64,000 nucleotides of DNA, taken from positions 100,795 to 164,794 of the forward strand of contig JAWAKW010000001.1 in the NCBI GenBank assembly GCA_038887295.1, given 5' to 3'. The notes below the pieces were generated by a model. The model searched no databases. It was given only the letters and a program-made list of their open reading frames with translations, and was not told the origin of the DNA. Each line of letters opens with the position of its first letter. Position 1 is the first letter of the stretch. The DNA comes from Candidatus Anstonellaceae archaeon (GTDB lineage Archaea > Micrarchaeota > Micrarchaeia > Anstonellales > Anstonellaceae). Of the stretch, positions 27,273 to 36,057 are shown one piece after another. Both the position numbers and the translations under genes were made by a program.

Positions 27273-28328
27273 GTGATGTTGGTGAGCAGATTGTGGGTGG
27301 CGTTGGCACTGTTCCTTTTGCCTTTAGTGCACTCTTACACCCTCCAAATAAAGGTCCTAGTACCACCAGATACGATTGCAGTTGGGACAAACATTTCTCT
27401 TTTGCACGAAGGGGTGGAGATTGCTTCTGCCAAAGCAGGCAAAGACGGCACAGCATCATTTGAAGTTCTCCCAGCAAGCTATTTTGTGGTTCTCAAAAGA
27501 GGTGGATATCCAACGGCCGTGCATCTGCTCCGGATAGATAAAAACATGAACATTACATATATCTTGCGCGACCAGCTCCCATATGCAGGAATTTGGGGCA
27601 GAATATCTGGGCCTGCCGATTTTTCCAATTCTTCAATTACCATCTATTCTGAGGAAAAAATAGTAGCAAGATACAGCCACAAGAAGGACGGTATCCCAAA
27701 CAAAGACGGCTATTTTCTCATCTCGTTTCTACCGGAAGGGCAATACAGAGTAGTATTTGAGGTTCAAGGTTTCCTTCCAAAAGAGGAAGTCAAGAAGCTT
27801 TCTTTGTCAGATTTTGCAGAGCTTAATCTGGAGCTTGAACAGCCAAAGCAAGAGGCGCAGGCGCCAAAGCTTGCCCTTATTGTTACTTCTGAAAACAAAA
27901 AACACTCATTGATTGCTGTGCAGCTTCTCAATGGCAGCAGGCCGCTTGGAGGCGAAAAAATCCAAGTGGAGACCCCTTCAGGCCAAATAACTATTATTAC
28001 ATCATCAAATGGGACAGCATATCTTAATGCGGCAGAGGCAGGAACTTATGTGTTTTCCTATATGAACCTTTCTTCCACGCTCTTTATAGAGGAGGAAAAA
28101 ACAGAGCAAGAATCCACCTCACCTGCGCAAAACCAATCTGCAATTCAGCAGCCCCCACCTTCGCAGGAGCCAAAGCAGCTTTCTTCACCTTCTCGGTCTG
28201 AGGAGGAGCCTTGGGGTGGTGGTTTGCTTTTTGCTGTTTTGGGGGCGGCGGCTTTCCTTGTAGTGATTGCAGCTGTTTTGTTTTTGCTCAAAAGAAAACC
28301 GCACCACCACAAGAAGCACAAAAGGTGA
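27273..28328 (+). CDS. surface protein with carboxypeptidase-regulatory-like (transthyretin-fold) beta-sandwich repeats
   Basis: Signal peptide; repeated G....F...G.Y.v motifs; Q/P/S-rich linker; C-terminal TM plus basic/His tail. Confidence 0.7.
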   Translation: MMLVSRLWVALALFLLPLVHSYTLQIKVLVPPDTIAVGTNISLLHEGVEIASAKAGKDGTASFEVLPASYFVVLKRGGYPTAVHLLRIDKNMNITYILRDQLPYAGIWGRISGPADFSNSSITIYSEEKIVARYSHKKDGIPNKDGYFLISFLPEGQYRVVFEVQGFLPKEEVKKLSLSDFAELNLELEQPKQEAQAPKLALIVTSENKKHSLIAVQLLNGSRPLGGEKIQVETPSGQITIITSSNGTAYLNAAEAGTYVFSYMNLSSTLFIEEEKTEQESTSPAQNQSAIQQPPPSQEPKQLSSPSRSEEEPWGGGLLFAVLGAAAFLVVIAAVLFLLKRKPHHHKKHKR

Positions 28329-28334
28329 AGCCCA

Positions 28335-29291
28335 ATGTTTAATCCAGAAGCCTTTATCCAGGAAGCAATTCAGGAAATCAAAAAAGCAGTAGGAGATAGG
28401 ACTGCAATTATTGCAGTTTCTGGAGGCGTGGACTCCTCTGTTGCAGCAGCGCTTGCATCAAAGGCATTAGGAAAAAACGTCCACTGCATTTTTGTCGATA
28501 CAGGCTTGATGCGGAAAAATGAAGCTGAAGAAGTCAAATCCATGCTTGCAGCAGCAGGAGTTTCCTTAAAGGTCATCGATGCAAGCAAAAAGTTTCTGGC
28601 AGCCCTCAAAGGAGTCTCCAATCCAGAAAAGAAGCGCAAAATAATTGGCAAGCTTTTCATTAAAGTTTTTGAAGCAGAGGCAAAAAAGATGAAGGCAAAA
28701 TTCCTAGTGCAAGGTACAATTGCCCCTGATTGGATAGAATCAGGCTCTGGCCTTAGAGACACGATCAAATCCCACCACAATGTAGGCGGTCTGCCTAAGA
28801 AGATGGGCATGTTCCTTGTTGAGCCTCTGCGGGAGCTTTACAAGGATGAAGTAAGGAAAGTGGCTTTTGCCTTGGGCTTGCCTGAAAAAATCTGCAAGCG
28901 CCAGCCTTTCCCAGGCCCAGGGCTGGCAGTTCGGGTGCTTGGGCCAATCACGCAAGAAAAAATTGAAATAATCCGAGAAGCGTGCGCTATTGTGGAAGAG
29001 GAAATAGAGAAAGCGGTAGCAGAAGGGGTAATTCAGGAGCCTTGGCAATATTTCGCAGTCCTACTTCCGATAAAGTCAGTCGGAGTGCTTGGAGATGCCA
29101 GGGCATACGGCTATACAGTTGTAATACGTGCAGTAGAAAGTATAGACGGCATGACAGCAAAAGCCTCACCCATGCCTCCCACACTGCTGGAATCCATTGC
29201 AAACAGAATAACCCGCGAGCTTAAGAGACATGTCAACCGCGTAGTATTTGATGTCACAAGCAAGCCGCCTGCAACAATAGAATGGGAGTGA
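28335..29291 (+). CDS. guaAB: GMP synthase, ATP-pyrophosphatase subunit B
   Basis: SGGVDSS, QGTIAPD, IKSHHNVGGLP, PFPGPGLAVR, KPPATIEWE. Confidence 0.95.
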   Translation: MFNPEAFIQEAIQEIKKAVGDRTAIIAVSGGVDSSVAAALASKALGKNVHCIFVDTGLMRKNEAEEVKSMLAAAGVSLKVIDASKKFLAALKGVSNPEKKRKIIGKLFIKVFEAEAKKMKAKFLVQGTIAPDWIESGSGLRDTIKSHHNVGGLPKKMGMFLVEPLRELYKDEVRKVAFALGLPEKICKRQPFPGPGLAVRVLGPITQEKIEIIREACAIVEEEIEKAVAEGVIQEPWQYFAVLLPIKSVGVLGDARAYGYTVVIRAVESIDGMTAKASPMPPTLLESIANRITRELKRHVNRVVFDVTSKPPATIEWE

Positions 29292-29295
29292 AAAA

Positions 29296-29862
29296 ATGAA
29301 GGTTGCAATCATAGATTTTGGCTCGCAATGGACCCACCGCATCCACCGCACATTGAAGTATCTGGGGGCAAATTCAGAAATACTTCCTGTTACCACCCCT
29401 ACAAAAAAGATTTTGGAGTTTGATGCATTGATTTTCTCAGGTGGGGCAATCAGGATAGCACTAGGTGATGCAACGCAAACCGGAAATGCTGCAAAATATC
29501 TGAAAGAATTCAAAGGTCCTATAATGGGGATTTGCGCAGGGCAGCAATTCATAGGGCTTTATTTTGGAGGAACCGCTCAGGAATCCAAGGTCCCAGAATA
29601 TGGAAAAGTGGAGCTTTTCATAGACGAGCACAATGAAATTTTCGAAGGCCTGCCATCCAAATTTACAGTTTGGGCAAGCCACAATGACGAGGTAGTAAAC
29701 ACTCCCAACTTCCGCATACTTGCCCACTCAAAAGACTGCTCCAATCATGCCTTCAAATCTCTTTCCGCCCCAATCTACGGATGCCTTTTTCACCCAGAAG
29801 TGGAGCATACCCAATACGGCAGCCAAATCTACTCCAACTTCCTCAAAATCGCCAAACGCTAG
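29296..29862 (+). CDS. guaAA: GMP synthase, glutamine amidotransferase subunit A
   Basis: IDFGSQW, GICAGQQ (nucleophile Cys), SHND, FHPEV triad. Confidence 0.92.
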   Translation: MKVAIIDFGSQWTHRIHRTLKYLGANSEILPVTTPTKKILEFDALIFSGGAIRIALGDATQTGNAAKYLKEFKGPIMGICAGQQFIGLYFGGTAQESKVPEYGKVELFIDEHNEIFEGLPSKFTVWASHNDEVVNTPNFRILAHSKDCSNHAFKSLSAPIYGCLFHPEVEHTQYGSQIYSNFLKIAKR

Positions 29863-29986
29863 GGAAAGGGGAACACCAGAGTATCCGCAGTCCCCTTTCC
29901 TCAACCCCTAAGGCAAACACCAGTGGAAAGGGGAACACTAGATTTTCCACTGTCCCCTTTCCTCAACACCTAATGCCAACACCAGA
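29863..29986. repeat. two tandem 62-bp palindromic repeats
   Basis: Units 29863-29924 and 29925-29986 match at 53/62 positions. Each contains GGAAAGGGGA-N18-TCCCCTTTCC, a perfect 10-bp inverted repeat. Confidence 0.9.
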
Positions 29987-30066
29987 TCTGTTGGGGAGTT
30001 TGTGTGTTGAAGAAAAAAAGTTTGCAGAATAGATTTGAGTTGTCTTATTTTTGGCAAACTCTTTCC

Positions 30067-30119
30067 AAAAAATTGCGGTTGCCCTTTTGGGGTGAAACCC
30101 TCAGGGGGCCCTGAGGTTT
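30067..30119 (-). terminator. putative terminator/structured trailer downstream of tRNA-Leu
   Basis: On the minus strand, hairpin AAACCTCAGG-GCCC-CCTGAGGGTTT, small hairpin CCC-AAAA-GGG, then a T6 run. Confidence 0.4.
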
Positions 30120-30140
30120 AGATTAGTGCCCCCTAGGGAA

Positions 30141-30248
30141 TGCAGGGAGGGAGATTTGAACTCCCGATGACCTAAAGTCACCAGATTACCTATTGCCATA
30201 AGACAGATCTTGAGTCTGGCGCGTTAAACCTGGCTCCGCCATCCCTGC
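30141..30248 (-). tRNA. trnL: tRNA-Leu(CAA) with 22-nt intron at canonical 37/38 position
   Basis: Acceptor GCAGGGA/TCCCTGC-A; anticodon stem CCAGA/TCTGG around CTCAAG|A once intron 30187-30208 is removed; long variable arm; T-loop GTTCAAATC; no encoded CCA. Confidence 0.93.
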
Positions 30249-30274
30249 GGTTATATTTAGAAGCATAAAAAATA

Positions 30275-31543
30275 TTAGGATGGCGGCGGCGAAGAAATCT
30301 CTGTCATCTCCTTTTCCAGTTCTTTTTCCTTCTTCTTTTTCTGATAATAACTTATTGCATACAAAATAAGAACTAATGCAAGAAACGCACCCACATAATG
30401 TTCAGTGCCAAAATTCATCCCAAATAAGCCCTCCTCCTTCTTTTTTTCTTCCTTTTTCTTTTCAGTAGGGATTATGTAAACTCCGCTTGCGCTTCCTTCA
30501 TTTCCTTCCCTGTCTGTAACCTTAACAGTATATCTTACGGCCAAATCCTTCGGGACAGGAGGTATCTTGGCTTCAAATGTATTATACCCAATAGTATATG
30601 CGGACACTGATGAAGTAACATTTCGGATTTCGTAATACAAAACCACGCTTGCAATCCCGCTCGCTTTTGGGCCAGGCTCCTGTACATAAACATTGACTAA
30701 GGTTTCTCCGCTTTTTTGTATGCTGTGGTGCATATCTACGATTTTTGGCGGAGTCCTGTCAAATACAATCTGCACTTTTTCATCAGTTTTCAGATTTAGC
30801 ATCATGCGCTTGAAGCTTTGGTTGTAGCGGACAACAAGTTGGGGCTTTTCATTCGTGAGGTTTTCAAATTTTGCTATCCCTTCAGTTGTATTTTTCCTTT
30901 GTGTTTCTATCTCTACTTCTGCCTCAAGCGGCCTTGAAAAATCATCTAATACTTGCACTTCAAGTCTGTAGCGAGGGATTTCTATTACCACACTTTGGTC
31001 TTTGTCAAGAACCAAATCCACATTTCTTACAGTCCCTTCAACTTCTGCCCTTACGTTGTATTTGCCTGGCGGAAGCTGGAAGACAGCATCCTTTCCAATA
31101 TCAGTCATCAAAGTCCTATTGCCTATCGTCACCCTTGCCGCAAGAGGCTTCCCGTTCTGGTCCCGCACATGCACAACTGCAAAATACGCAGTGACAAACA
31201 TGCTGTATGTCCTATCTTTGGGCGGATTTTCTACCAGCAAATTGGCAGTTTTCAATTCGCTTCCGTATTTGACGTAAAGCGTGTAAGTGTATTTTACTTG
31301 CGACTCTAGCTCTTCCCAATTTGTAAATACAATCTCGGCAGTCCCATTTTCAGAAGTAAGTTTCGGCTTTGTCTTGGAATAGCCAATTATTGAGTTTACC
31401 TGATGCTCCACATAAACTTCTGCCCCACTAACCGGCCGCAAAGACTGGTCAAAAACCTGCACAAGCAGTCTCTGCGTGTAGCCTGCATAAATCCAACTTG
31501 CAAGAAGCAGTAGGCACAATCCAAACATTGCCAAATTTCTCAT
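30275..31543 (-). CDS. surface protein with carboxypeptidase-regulatory-like repeats and C-terminal TM anchor
   Basis: Signal peptide, repeated V.V.D...rPl.a.V motifs, C-terminal TM plus Lys/Glu tail; start moved to 31543. Confidence 0.75.
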   Translation of the reverse strand: MRNLAMFGLCLLLLASWIYAGYTQRLLVQVFDQSLRPVSGAEVYVEHQVNSIIGYSKTKPKLTSENGTAEIVFTNWEELESQVKYTYTLYVKYGSELKTANLLVENPPKDRTYSMFVTAYFAVVHVRDQNGKPLAARVTIGNRTLMTDIGKDAVFQLPPGKYNVRAEVEGTVRNVDLVLDKDQSVVIEIPRYRLEVQVLDDFSRPLEAEVEIETQRKNTTEGIAKFENLTNEKPQLVVRYNQSFKRMMLNLKTDEKVQIVFDRTPPKIVDMHHSIQKSGETLVNVYVQEPGPKASGIASVVLYYEIRNVTSSVSAYTIGYNTFEAKIPPVPKDLAVRYTVKVTDREGNEGSASGVYIIPTEKKKEEKKKEEGLFGMNFGTEHYVGAFLALVLILYAISYYQKKKKEKELEKEMTEISSPPPS

Positions 31544-31666
31544 GTCCTGTTTTTCCTGCATGCTACTATTTAATTTTGGCTGGGAAACAGAAGAAAAGCT
31601 TTTATATTCTACTTTCGAATGTTGCTGCAGAGTGTTAAAACTCAAAAGGCGAACAGGAGGGATGAA

Positions 31667-32128
31667 ATGGGTGTTCATATGAAAGGTCAAGGCGCAACCG
31701 AGTATCTCGTGTTGCTTGCGGTGGTTTTGATTATTGCACTGGTATCAATAGCACTTCTCGGATTCTTCCCAGGGCTGGCATCTGATGCAAAAATTACGCA
31801 GTCAAATGCATATTGGCGCGGAGAAGCTATGCCTTTTGGAATTCTTGAGCACTCGTTTGACTCTTCTGGAAACGGTAGCATCCTGATAGTAAACAGAGAT
31901 GCAGCCGGAACCCTTACAATTACCAATATTACAGTTGGCAACGCTTCATATTCTACTCCGACAGCACTTGCATCCGGAGACCAAAGGATAATCCCACTTT
32001 CAGGTGCGGGAGCTGGCTCTGTAGGTGGGACATACGAATATGATGTACGAATATCTTACACAACGCCAAACGGACTCCCACAAACACAATACGGAATGAA
32101 ACCATTGATTGGCAAATACCACTCCTGA
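31667..32128 (+). CDS. type IV pilin
   Basis: KG|QGATEYLVLLAVVLIIALV class III signal; SD-like AGGAGG upstream of ATG 31667. Confidence 0.85.
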   Translation: MGVHMKGQGATEYLVLLAVVLIIALVSIALLGFFPGLASDAKITQSNAYWRGEAMPFGILEHSFDSSGNGSILIVNRDAAGTLTITNITVGNASYSTPTALASGDQRIIPLSGAGAGSVGGTYEYDVRISYTTPNGLPQTQYGMKPLIGKYHS

Positions 32129-32155
32129 AACTTTTTTCCCCTTTTTTTGCTTTTT

Positions 32156-33115
32156 TTATTTTTCAGCCATCCACACCAGATTCTGATTTTTTGCTACATA
32201 GCAAAACGTTTTCCCAACGATTGTTTCCCCTTTTATTTGGACGAGCGCCTGCGGTGCTACTCCTTGCGGAACCTGTGTTATTCCAAGCAGTTGCAAAGCT
32301 TGCGGGATTGACACTTGGAATTTTTTATTCTCAATTTCAATTATGCAACTCTGGCCTTCAACCTTTACAGCACCTATTCTTCCAAGTTCTTGCTTTGCGC
32401 TTTTTATCAACCTTGATTTAGAATTGAAGTGTATTTCCCCGCTTTTGAAAACCACTCCGTCCAGCACCACCCAATCCCCTACAGAAAGCCCATAAGAAGA
32501 ATAATCAAAGTCCTCCACCCAAACCACCACCCTTCTGCACTGCTGCCTTCCACAAAGCTGAAAAGAAGACATCTTCCTTTCTTTTCCTGTCTTTTTGTCC
32601 ACATAAAAGTAGTCTGGCTCGATTTCCCCAACTCTTCCTTCTACAGTGCAGACTCCAGCAGTAAGCTCTTCAACTTGCATCCGCAAGGCAGGCTGAATCA
32701 GCCTCAAAAACCCCCCTTTCCCAATCCATATCTCACCATTCCTGAAATATGCCTCTTTCGCCTCCACTTCGTCCTTTTGGCACAGCTCAAATGCAACCTT
32801 TGCCTGCTCATTCCACAAAACCACAATAGCCTCAGCAGTCTGGTCATAAACGTGCACTCTTACAGAATAGTCCCCACCCGGGTAATGCTGCACAGGAAAA
32901 ACCCTCTTCACCTTTGCACGAAAGCTAAAAGGCAAAATTACCTTGCTTGCATCTGCAAGGCTAATTGGGTTTTGGATGTATATACCGTGCTGCTTGCAAA
33001 GTAGCCGTATTGCAGCTTCCCTCGTAAGAAGCCCGCCAAACTCCTCAATTTTTTGACGGATTGCATCCTCGGTTTTTTTGCCAAGGTGCTGCTGCAGCAT
33101 GGCTTCAATATCCAT
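32156..33115 (-). CDS. rpa: replication protein A-like OB-fold ssDNA-binding protein
   Basis: N-terminal KIEEFGGLLTREAAIRL helix, then two OB folds (DQTAEAIVVLWN; RRVVVW). Confidence 0.75.
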   Translation of the reverse strand: MDIEAMLQQHLGKKTEDAIRQKIEEFGGLLTREAAIRLLCKQHGIYIQNPISLADASKVILPFSFRAKVKRVFPVQHYPGGDYSVRVHVYDQTAEAIVVLWNEQAKVAFELCQKDEVEAKEAYFRNGEIWIGKGGFLRLIQPALRMQVEELTAGVCTVEGRVGEIEPDYFYVDKKTGKERKMSSFQLCGRQQCRRVVVWVEDFDYSSYGLSVGDWVVLDGVVFKSGEIHFNSKSRLIKSAKQELGRIGAVKVEGQSCIIEIENKKFQVSIPQALQLLGITQVPQGVAPQALVQIKGETIVGKTFCYVAKNQNLVWMAEK

Positions 33116-33165
33116 ATTGCAGCTTTTACCACCAAATTTTAAAATGTAAAAGGAGCCATATCTGC

Positions 33166-34062
33166 ATGCCGGATGTAGTGACAGTGGGGCATATCATTTA
33201 TGATATACGCAATTACGTGGTGGAGTTCCCTCAGCCAGACCAAACCGCAATAATGCGGATGCACCCGAAGGCAGGTGGCGGCGGATCAGCTGCAAATATA
33301 GCAGTAAATCTACGCAAGCTTGGGTTTTCCTCTGGGGTGGTGGGGAACGTCGGATCAGACCGGCACGGCAAGTTTTTGCTTGATGAGCTTGCGCGATTCA
33401 AAGTGGATACCTCACAAGTGAGAGTTTTCAAGGGCTTAAGCGGGCTTTCAGTCATAATAATAGATTCACATGGAGAGGTACGGATATTGGAAGATTACGG
33501 CGTTGCAGACAGAAGAAGGACAATCGACAAAGACTACATAAAAGAAGCAAAGTTTGTCCACCTCAGCGGCTGCGCCAAGCACCTCCTTGAGTCTGCAAGC
33601 AAAATCGCGTATTCATATGGTCTCCCAATCTCGTTTGACCCTGGCAGATCTGCTTCGCACCTCGGAGAAAGGAGGCTTTCCTCAGTGCTAAAAAGGTGCG
33701 ACTTTCTCATCATCAATCGCAAGGAGCTTTTTGCACTTGTCGGCAGCAGAGAGGAGGCAGAAGCAAGCAGGCTTGCAAGAAAATTCAACCTGGTTTGCCT
33801 GATAAAGCAAGGCGGCAGAGAGATAATTGTCAAGACAAACCACGGGCAGTCCTTTACTGTTGAGCCTTTCAAAGTGAATCCCGTGGATACTTTGGGAGCA
33901 GGGGATGCATTCTGCGCAGGGTTTATTGCAGGCATCTTGGAGAAGCGCTCACTTTTTGAATCGGTAAGGTTTGCAAATGCGGTAGCTGCAGCCAAGGTCC
34001 TTCGGAAAGGTGCACAGTCTTTGCCCTCAAGAAAATTCATCATGAAGAAGTTCAGAATTTAA
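33166..34062 (+). CDS. PfkB/ribokinase family carbohydrate or nucleoside kinase
   Basis: GGGSAANIA, GNVGSDRHG, VDTLGAGDAFCAGF signature; start moved to 33166. Confidence 0.92.
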   Translation: MPDVVTVGHIIYDIRNYVVEFPQPDQTAIMRMHPKAGGGGSAANIAVNLRKLGFSSGVVGNVGSDRHGKFLLDELARFKVDTSQVRVFKGLSGLSVIIIDSHGEVRILEDYGVADRRRTIDKDYIKEAKFVHLSGCAKHLLESASKIAYSYGLPISFDPGRSASHLGERRLSSVLKRCDFLIINRKELFALVGSREEAEASRLARKFNLVCLIKQGGREIIVKTNHGQSFTVEPFKVNPVDTLGAGDAFCAGFIAGILEKRSLFESVRFANAVAAAKVLRKGAQSLPSRKFIMKKFRI

Positions 34063-34071
34063 GGTGGCAAA

Positions 34072-34788
34072 ATGCTTCGGCGTGCGGCAGTAATTTCAAA
34101 TCCAAAAAAGCAAGCTGCAAAAGAGGTTGCAAAGCAAGTGAGGCAGCTTCTGAAGGCCTGCAGTATCAGCATCACAAAAAATTCACCCCAACTTATAATC
34201 ACAGTCGGAGGCGATGGCACAGTCCTTTTTGCAAAACAATACTATGGCATCCCTTTCTTTTCTATTGGAAGCAGAACTAGCTTTATCTGTCAGGCAACCT
34301 TTTCAGACTGGAAAAGGAAGCTTTCACGCACATTGAACGGTTTTTCCAAAGAGCCAAGGATATTGCTTGAGGCAAAAATAGACGGCGAGGATTTTCAGCC
34401 TGCACTAAATGAGGTCGGGGTAAGAAGCACAAAGCCCCAGCTTTTGTCATTCCAGCTTTTTGTAGGGAAGAAAAAATACGCATTCAGAGCAGACGGCATC
34501 CTCTTTTCCACTCCCACCGGCTCCCCTGCCTACTGCTATTCTTGCGGCGGCAAGCAAATGCCAAAGGAAAGCAAATCATATCAAGCAGTTGCGATCTGCC
34601 CTTTCCGGCGCGCCTTTAAGCCCCTGATCCTCCCCCCTTCAATCAAATGCAGGCTTTACCTTTTCGGAAAGCACAAGGCGCATTTCTTTGTGGATGGCAA
34701 AGTAGTAAGAAGCTTCAGCCAAAAAGATGTCCTTGAAGTAAAAGTAAGCAGCAGAAGGTTCTTTTTTGCTCAGCCAAAAAGAAGATGA
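34072..34788 (+). CDS. nadK: NAD(+) kinase
   Basis: VGGDGT, ALNE, ADG.LFSTPTGSPAY..S.GG. Confidence 0.88.
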   Translation: MLRRAAVISNPKKQAAKEVAKQVRQLLKACSISITKNSPQLIITVGGDGTVLFAKQYYGIPFFSIGSRTSFICQATFSDWKRKLSRTLNGFSKEPRILLEAKIDGEDFQPALNEVGVRSTKPQLLSFQLFVGKKKYAFRADGILFSTPTGSPAYCYSCGGKQMPKESKSYQAVAICPFRRAFKPLILPPSIKCRLYLFGKHKAHFFVDGKVVRSFSQKDVLEVKVSSRRFFFAQPKRR

Positions 34789-35981
34789 AGATAAAACCCC
34801 AAATCAGCTACTTTCTTTTTTGCCTCCCTGCTTGCAATCATTTCCGCAAGCTCTTGTCGCAGCCTCGGGCTTTTTTGCGCCTTTTTGATTATCAAATCAA
34901 GGAGCCATTCGTGTCTGCCTAAGTTTTGCATAAAATGGCTATATTTTATTTCATCTCCCATTTCTGTCAAAAGTGCCTTTTCATATTCAAGGCAATCTGA
35001 AGGCTGATATATTCCATCTGCAAGTAATCTTCCAAGCTTTTCTGCTGCAATCTTTGCGCTCCTCATTGCATTACCTATCCCTTCACCTGAAAAAGGGTCC
35101 ACTAAGGAAGCGGCATCTCCCACCAGAACAAACCCTTCTCCTGCGCATTTTCGTTTTGCAGAAGCAAGAGGTAGCATCCATCCTGAAAGTTCAGATTTGA
35201 GCTTGGCTTCTTCAAACCTTCCTCTAAATCTTGTACTCTTTGTGCACAAATCAAGCACATGCCAAAGATTCACTTTTTTTGCTTTGATATCTGAAAGAAG
35301 CATTCCAACCCCAACGTTTGCCTCGGTATCAGACACAGGAAATATCCAAAAGTAGCCAGGCATGCATTCTCGCAGAAAATGCACCTCTATATTTTTACCC
35401 AGTCCCTTGACATTTTCGTAATACCCTCTCACTGCAGAACACATATGAGAAAATTCATATTTTAAGCAGCCTGTCTTCCTTGCAACAACTGATGAGGCAC
35501 CATCAGCGCCAATTACGACCTTTGAAGTTATTTTTTCCTTTTTTTGGCCTTTTTTTACAATCACTCCTGCCACAGTAGTTCCGTCAAAAATTAAGTCAAC
35601 AACCTCGCTTCCTTCGCACACCCGGCAAACCTTTTTTGCATTTTCAAAAAGAATCTCATCAAATCTTTTTCTTTTGCAGACATAACCTGTGCCTCCGTTT
35701 TCAAACTCAGAAAGCGATATTTCAACCTGATTTCCTGCAGGAGAAGAGAAAACAATCCCACTATATCTTCTAAATCCTTCTGAAGCTATCTGTTTTCTTA
35801 TACCAAGTTGCTCTGCAATTGCAAGGGCTTTGGCGCCCACAGCATCTCCACATGGCTTATCTTTAGGGAAAACAGCCTTTTCAAGCAGAAGCACCTTACA
35901 GCCTTTTTTTGCAAGAAGATAAGCACAGGTGGAGCCTGCTGGACCAGCCCCTACTATTACGGCATCGTATTGGTGTGACAT
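34770..35981 (-). CDS. geranylgeranyl reductase family FAD oxidoreductase
   Basis: VIVGAGPAGS, FPKDKPCGD, IGADGASS, PGYFWIFP, VGDAASLVDPFSGEGI; start moved to 35981. Confidence 0.88.
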   Translation of the reverse strand: MSHQYDAVIVGAGPAGSTCAYLLAKKGCKVLLLEKAVFPKDKPCGDAVGAKALAIAEQLGIRKQIASEGFRRYSGIVFSSPAGNQVEISLSEFENGGTGYVCKRKRFDEILFENAKKVCRVCEGSEVVDLIFDGTTVAGVIVKKGQKKEKITSKVVIGADGASSVVARKTGCLKYEFSHMCSAVRGYYENVKGLGKNIEVHFLRECMPGYFWIFPVSDTEANVGVGMLLSDIKAKKVNLWHVLDLCTKSTRFRGRFEEAKLKSELSGWMLPLASAKRKCAGEGFVLVGDAASLVDPFSGEGIGNAMRSAKIAAEKLGRLLADGIYQPSDCLEYEKALLTEMGDEIKYSHFMQNLGRHEWLLDLIIKKAQKSPRLRQELAEMIASREAKKKVADLGFYLHLLFG

Positions 35982-36057
35982 AGCCTCCAACTTCCAAAGA
36001 AATAAATATAAATGCTCTGTGTTAAAATACGTAATAAAATGTTTGTTGGTGAAGAAC

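Noticed and set aside
29863-29986. CRISPR array (reverse strand contains GTGTTCCCC, like type I-E repeats)
   Set aside because: Only two units, the would-be spacer is conserved between them, and no cas genes are in the window.
30079-30092. 14-nt match (CCCCAAAAGGGCAA) between the tRNA trailer (minus strand) and 23S position 44133-44146
   Set aside because: Matches of this length are expected by chance in 64 kb, and both are simple hairpins.
30061-30140. HDV-like/theta ribozyme at the tRNA 3' end (GGGGGC can pair with GCCCCC)
   Set aside because: No P2 helix could be formed and the L3 consensus is absent; a simple hairpin plus T-run explains the sequence.
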